This document shows, piece by piece, positions 62,031 to 64,000 of a DNA stretch of 64,000 nt. The notes below the pieces were generated by a model. That model had not been told where the DNA came from and made no database searches. It saw only the letters and a list, made by a program, of their open reading frames with translations. Positions within the stretch are counted from its first letter, which is position 1. Every line of letters begins with the position of its first letter. This DNA comes from Acidimicrobiia bacterium. GTDB lineage: Bacteria > Actinomycetota > Acidimicrobiia > Acidimicrobiales > SZUA-35. Where the stretch lies: positions 65 through 64,064 of the forward strand of contig JAOTVU010000003.1 in assembly GCA_029863385.1 (NCBI GenBank). The letters are read 5' to 3'. A program made the position numbers and the translations under genes.

Positions 62031-62876
62031 CTATGCCTCGGAAATCGCTTGTTCGAAACCGGTGATGGCGTAGAGCATGCCGATGGCCCCAACGATGAGG
62101 AAGTAGGCGACGTGGATGAGCGAGCCGGCATCGACCGAGCCCTGGGCCAGATCGCGACACAGTTCGACACCGTGCCAGCTCGGCGTGAGGCGGGCCAACC
62201 ACGCCACGCCCGCCGGAACCTCCGACAGCGGGAAGAAGGCGCCGGAGAACAGGAACATCGGGATGGCCCCGAGTCGCAGGAGCATGGGGAACGTGTCTTC
62301 GTTTTCCTGCCTGACCGTGTAGCCGCAGATGATCGCCGCCAGCACCAGAGCCGTCGTCCCGGCCGCCAAGGGAGCGAGCACTGCCCACCAGCTGGTGACG
62401 GCACCGGCCAGCCCGAGCACGACGGTGAACAGAGCGGCGGCGGCCGTGAATCGGATGGCGATCCAACCGACGTGGGCGACCGCGATCTCGGCCTTGCTGA
62501 CCGGCGTGACCGCGGTCAGCAGGTAGGTGCGATCCCATTTCAGTTCACCCGCCGTCGGCCAAAGACTTTGACCGAACGCCCACAGCACCGCCGAGATGGC
62601 GAGCAGTCCCGGTCCGATGAACTCGAGGTAGCTACCGGTTCCCAAGGTGGCCGTCCCGCTCTGGCGTTCATCGACGAGCGAACCCAACCCGAGACCGAGA
62701 AGGCCGAGGAAGAACGCCGGACTCACGACGCCGGAGACCAGCACCGACCGATACTTCGCCGGTGTACGAACGTACAGGTGCTCGAGGATACGAGCGAGAC
62801 CACTGAGCGTCATCGGGCCCGACCGGCTGGCGTCGACGGCCGACTCGGGGTTCGGTGTCTCGACGGCGTTACTCAA
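62031..62876 (-). CDS. ABC-2 transporter permease (NodJ-like)
   Basis: YLEFIGPGL, PMFLFSGAFFP and PSWHGVELCR. Start is TTG 62876 or ATG 62813. Confidence 0.9.
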   Translation of the reverse strand: MSNAVETPNPESAVDASRSGPMTLSGLARILEHLYVRTPAKYRSVLVSGVVSPAFFLGLLGLGLGSLVDERQSGTATLGTGSYLEFIGPGLLAISAVLWAFGQSLWPTAGELKWDRTYLLTAVTPVSKAEIAVAHVGWIAIRFTAAAALFTVVLGLAGAVTSWWAVLAPLAAGTTALVLAAIICGYTVRQENEDTFPMLLRLGAIPMFLFSGAFFPLSEVPAGVAWLARLTPSWHGVELCRDLAQGSVDAGSLIHVAYFLIVGAIGMLYAITGFEQAISEA

Positions 62877-63831
62877 CGAGGGTCCTACCGGTGAGCGTGA
62901 GGAACACATCCTCGAGCGTGGCCCGCCGAATCAGGGTGCTCACCGCGGCGACCCCGTGGCCGGCCAGGGCGGTCACGGCCTTGTCGCCGTCATCCGCGTA
63001 CACGAGCAGCCGGTCGGGGAGTCGTTCGCTGCGAAGATCCAGTCGGGTCGCCGACGCTTCGACGTGGGCCGCATCATCCTCGAGGTCGTCACCGCCGTCG
63101 GGCGAGGGGACACGCCCCCGATCACCGAAACGGAGCTCCACCACATCGCGGCTGCAGTGGGTCTCGATCAATGATCGGGGTGTTCCCTCCGCCACGATCC
63201 GGCCACGGTCCATGATGACGAGTCGGTCGGCGAGCTGCTCGGCCTCATCCATGTAGTGCGTGGTGAGCAACAGGGTGACTCCCTGACGCTTCAGCTGATA
63301 GAGACGCTCCCAGAGCAGATGCCGGGCCTGGGGATCGAGGCCGGTTGTCGGTTCGTCGAGGAGGATCAACTCCGGGTTGTTGACCATCGACCGGGCGATC
63401 GACAGCCTCCGTTTCATGCCCCCGGACAGCGGCCGGACCTGGTCGTCGGCTCGGTCGGCCAGTTGGACGAACTGGAGCAGTTCGTCGGCCCGCCGGCGGG
63501 CCTCGGCGCGGGACAGATCGAAGTACCGCCCGTAGACCGTGATGTTCTCCCTCACGGTCAGGGCCATGTCGAGGATGTCTTCCTGTGGCACCACACCGAG
63601 CCGGGCCCGGATCTGGCGTCCGTCGGTGGCCGGATCGCGGCCGAGTACCTGGAGCTCACCCGATGTGAAGGGGCTGACCGTCGAGATCATCTTCATCGTC
63701 GACGACTTGCCGGCGCCGTTGGGCCCGAGCATGGCGAAGGTTTCGCCCCGCTCGACGTCGAAGTCGATGCCGTCGACGGCGCACTGGTCACCGAAGCGTT
63801 TGACGAGGTTGCGAGCTCGAACGACGGACAC
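62869..63831 (-). CDS. ABC transporter ATP-binding protein (NodI-like)
   Basis: GPNGAGKS, LSGGMKRR, LDEPTTGLDPQAR, TTHYMDEA and TLEDVFL. Confidence 0.93.
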   Translation of the reverse strand: MSVVRARNLVKRFGDQCAVDGIDFDVERGETFAMLGPNGAGKSSTMKMISTVSPFTSGELQVLGRDPATDGRQIRARLGVVPQEDILDMALTVRENITVYGRYFDLSRAEARRRADELLQFVQLADRADDQVRPLSGGMKRRLSIARSMVNNPELILLDEPTTGLDPQARHLLWERLYQLKRQGVTLLLTTHYMDEAEQLADRLVIMDRGRIVAEGTPRSLIETHCSRDVVELRFGDRGRVPSPDGGDDLEDDAAHVEASATRLDLRSERLPDRLLVYADDGDKAVTALAGHGVAAVSTLIRRATLEDVFLTLTGRTLVE

Positions 63832-63931
63832 CCTGTCACGGTAGCCCGGCCGGGGAATCGCCGGCCCCGAAAATGCTCCGGTCGGGTCCGGATGCGATAA
63901 TCGGAGCCGTGAGCCAAGAGAAGAGTCAACC

Positions 63932-64000
63932 GTGACGGTCAAACCACTGGACGGGATCCGTGTGGTGGAGATGGCGAGTTTCGTCGCCGCACCAAGCGCC
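63932..64000 (+). CDS. CaiB/BaiF family CoA-transferase (N-terminal fragment, runs off the window edge)
   Basis: GTG start reading MTVKPLDGIRVVEMASFVAAPSA, the class III CoA-transferase N-terminal signature. Confidence 0.75.
   Translation, partial: MTVKPLDGIRVVEMASFVAAPSA

Overview
High-GC actinobacterial chromosome segment. Gene content and order (manA-Trm112-ahcY-comF-hpf-secA-prfB-ftsE-ftsX; murI-rph-rdgB-tRNA-Leu) suggest Actinomycetota, most likely Acidimicrobiia (inference). About 50 CDS are present: a cell-envelope glycosylation locus, housekeeping genes, smpB/ssrA, tRNA-Leu(TAG), a FAD oxidoreductase/DUF1365/CFA-methyltransferase lipid operon, a xanthine-dehydrogenase-family molybdoenzyme cluster, glnS and an ABC-2 exporter. 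No integrase, transposase or CRISPR array was seen. The strongest hidden signal is a stand-alone PrdB/GrdB-like selenoprotein that the ORF track splits in two at an in-frame UGA (U-P-V-C motif), followed directly by a SECIS-like hairpin. Other notable items: two paralogous HTH/coiled-coil/amphipathic-tail proteins, a methyltransferase-MUG glycosylase fusion, a GtrA-GT2 fusion next to a GT-C-like protein, a 96-bp-period palindromic tandem repeat, and a doubly disrupted PI-PLC-like pseudogene beside ssrA. All family assignments are from recognising motifs by eye, not from database searches.
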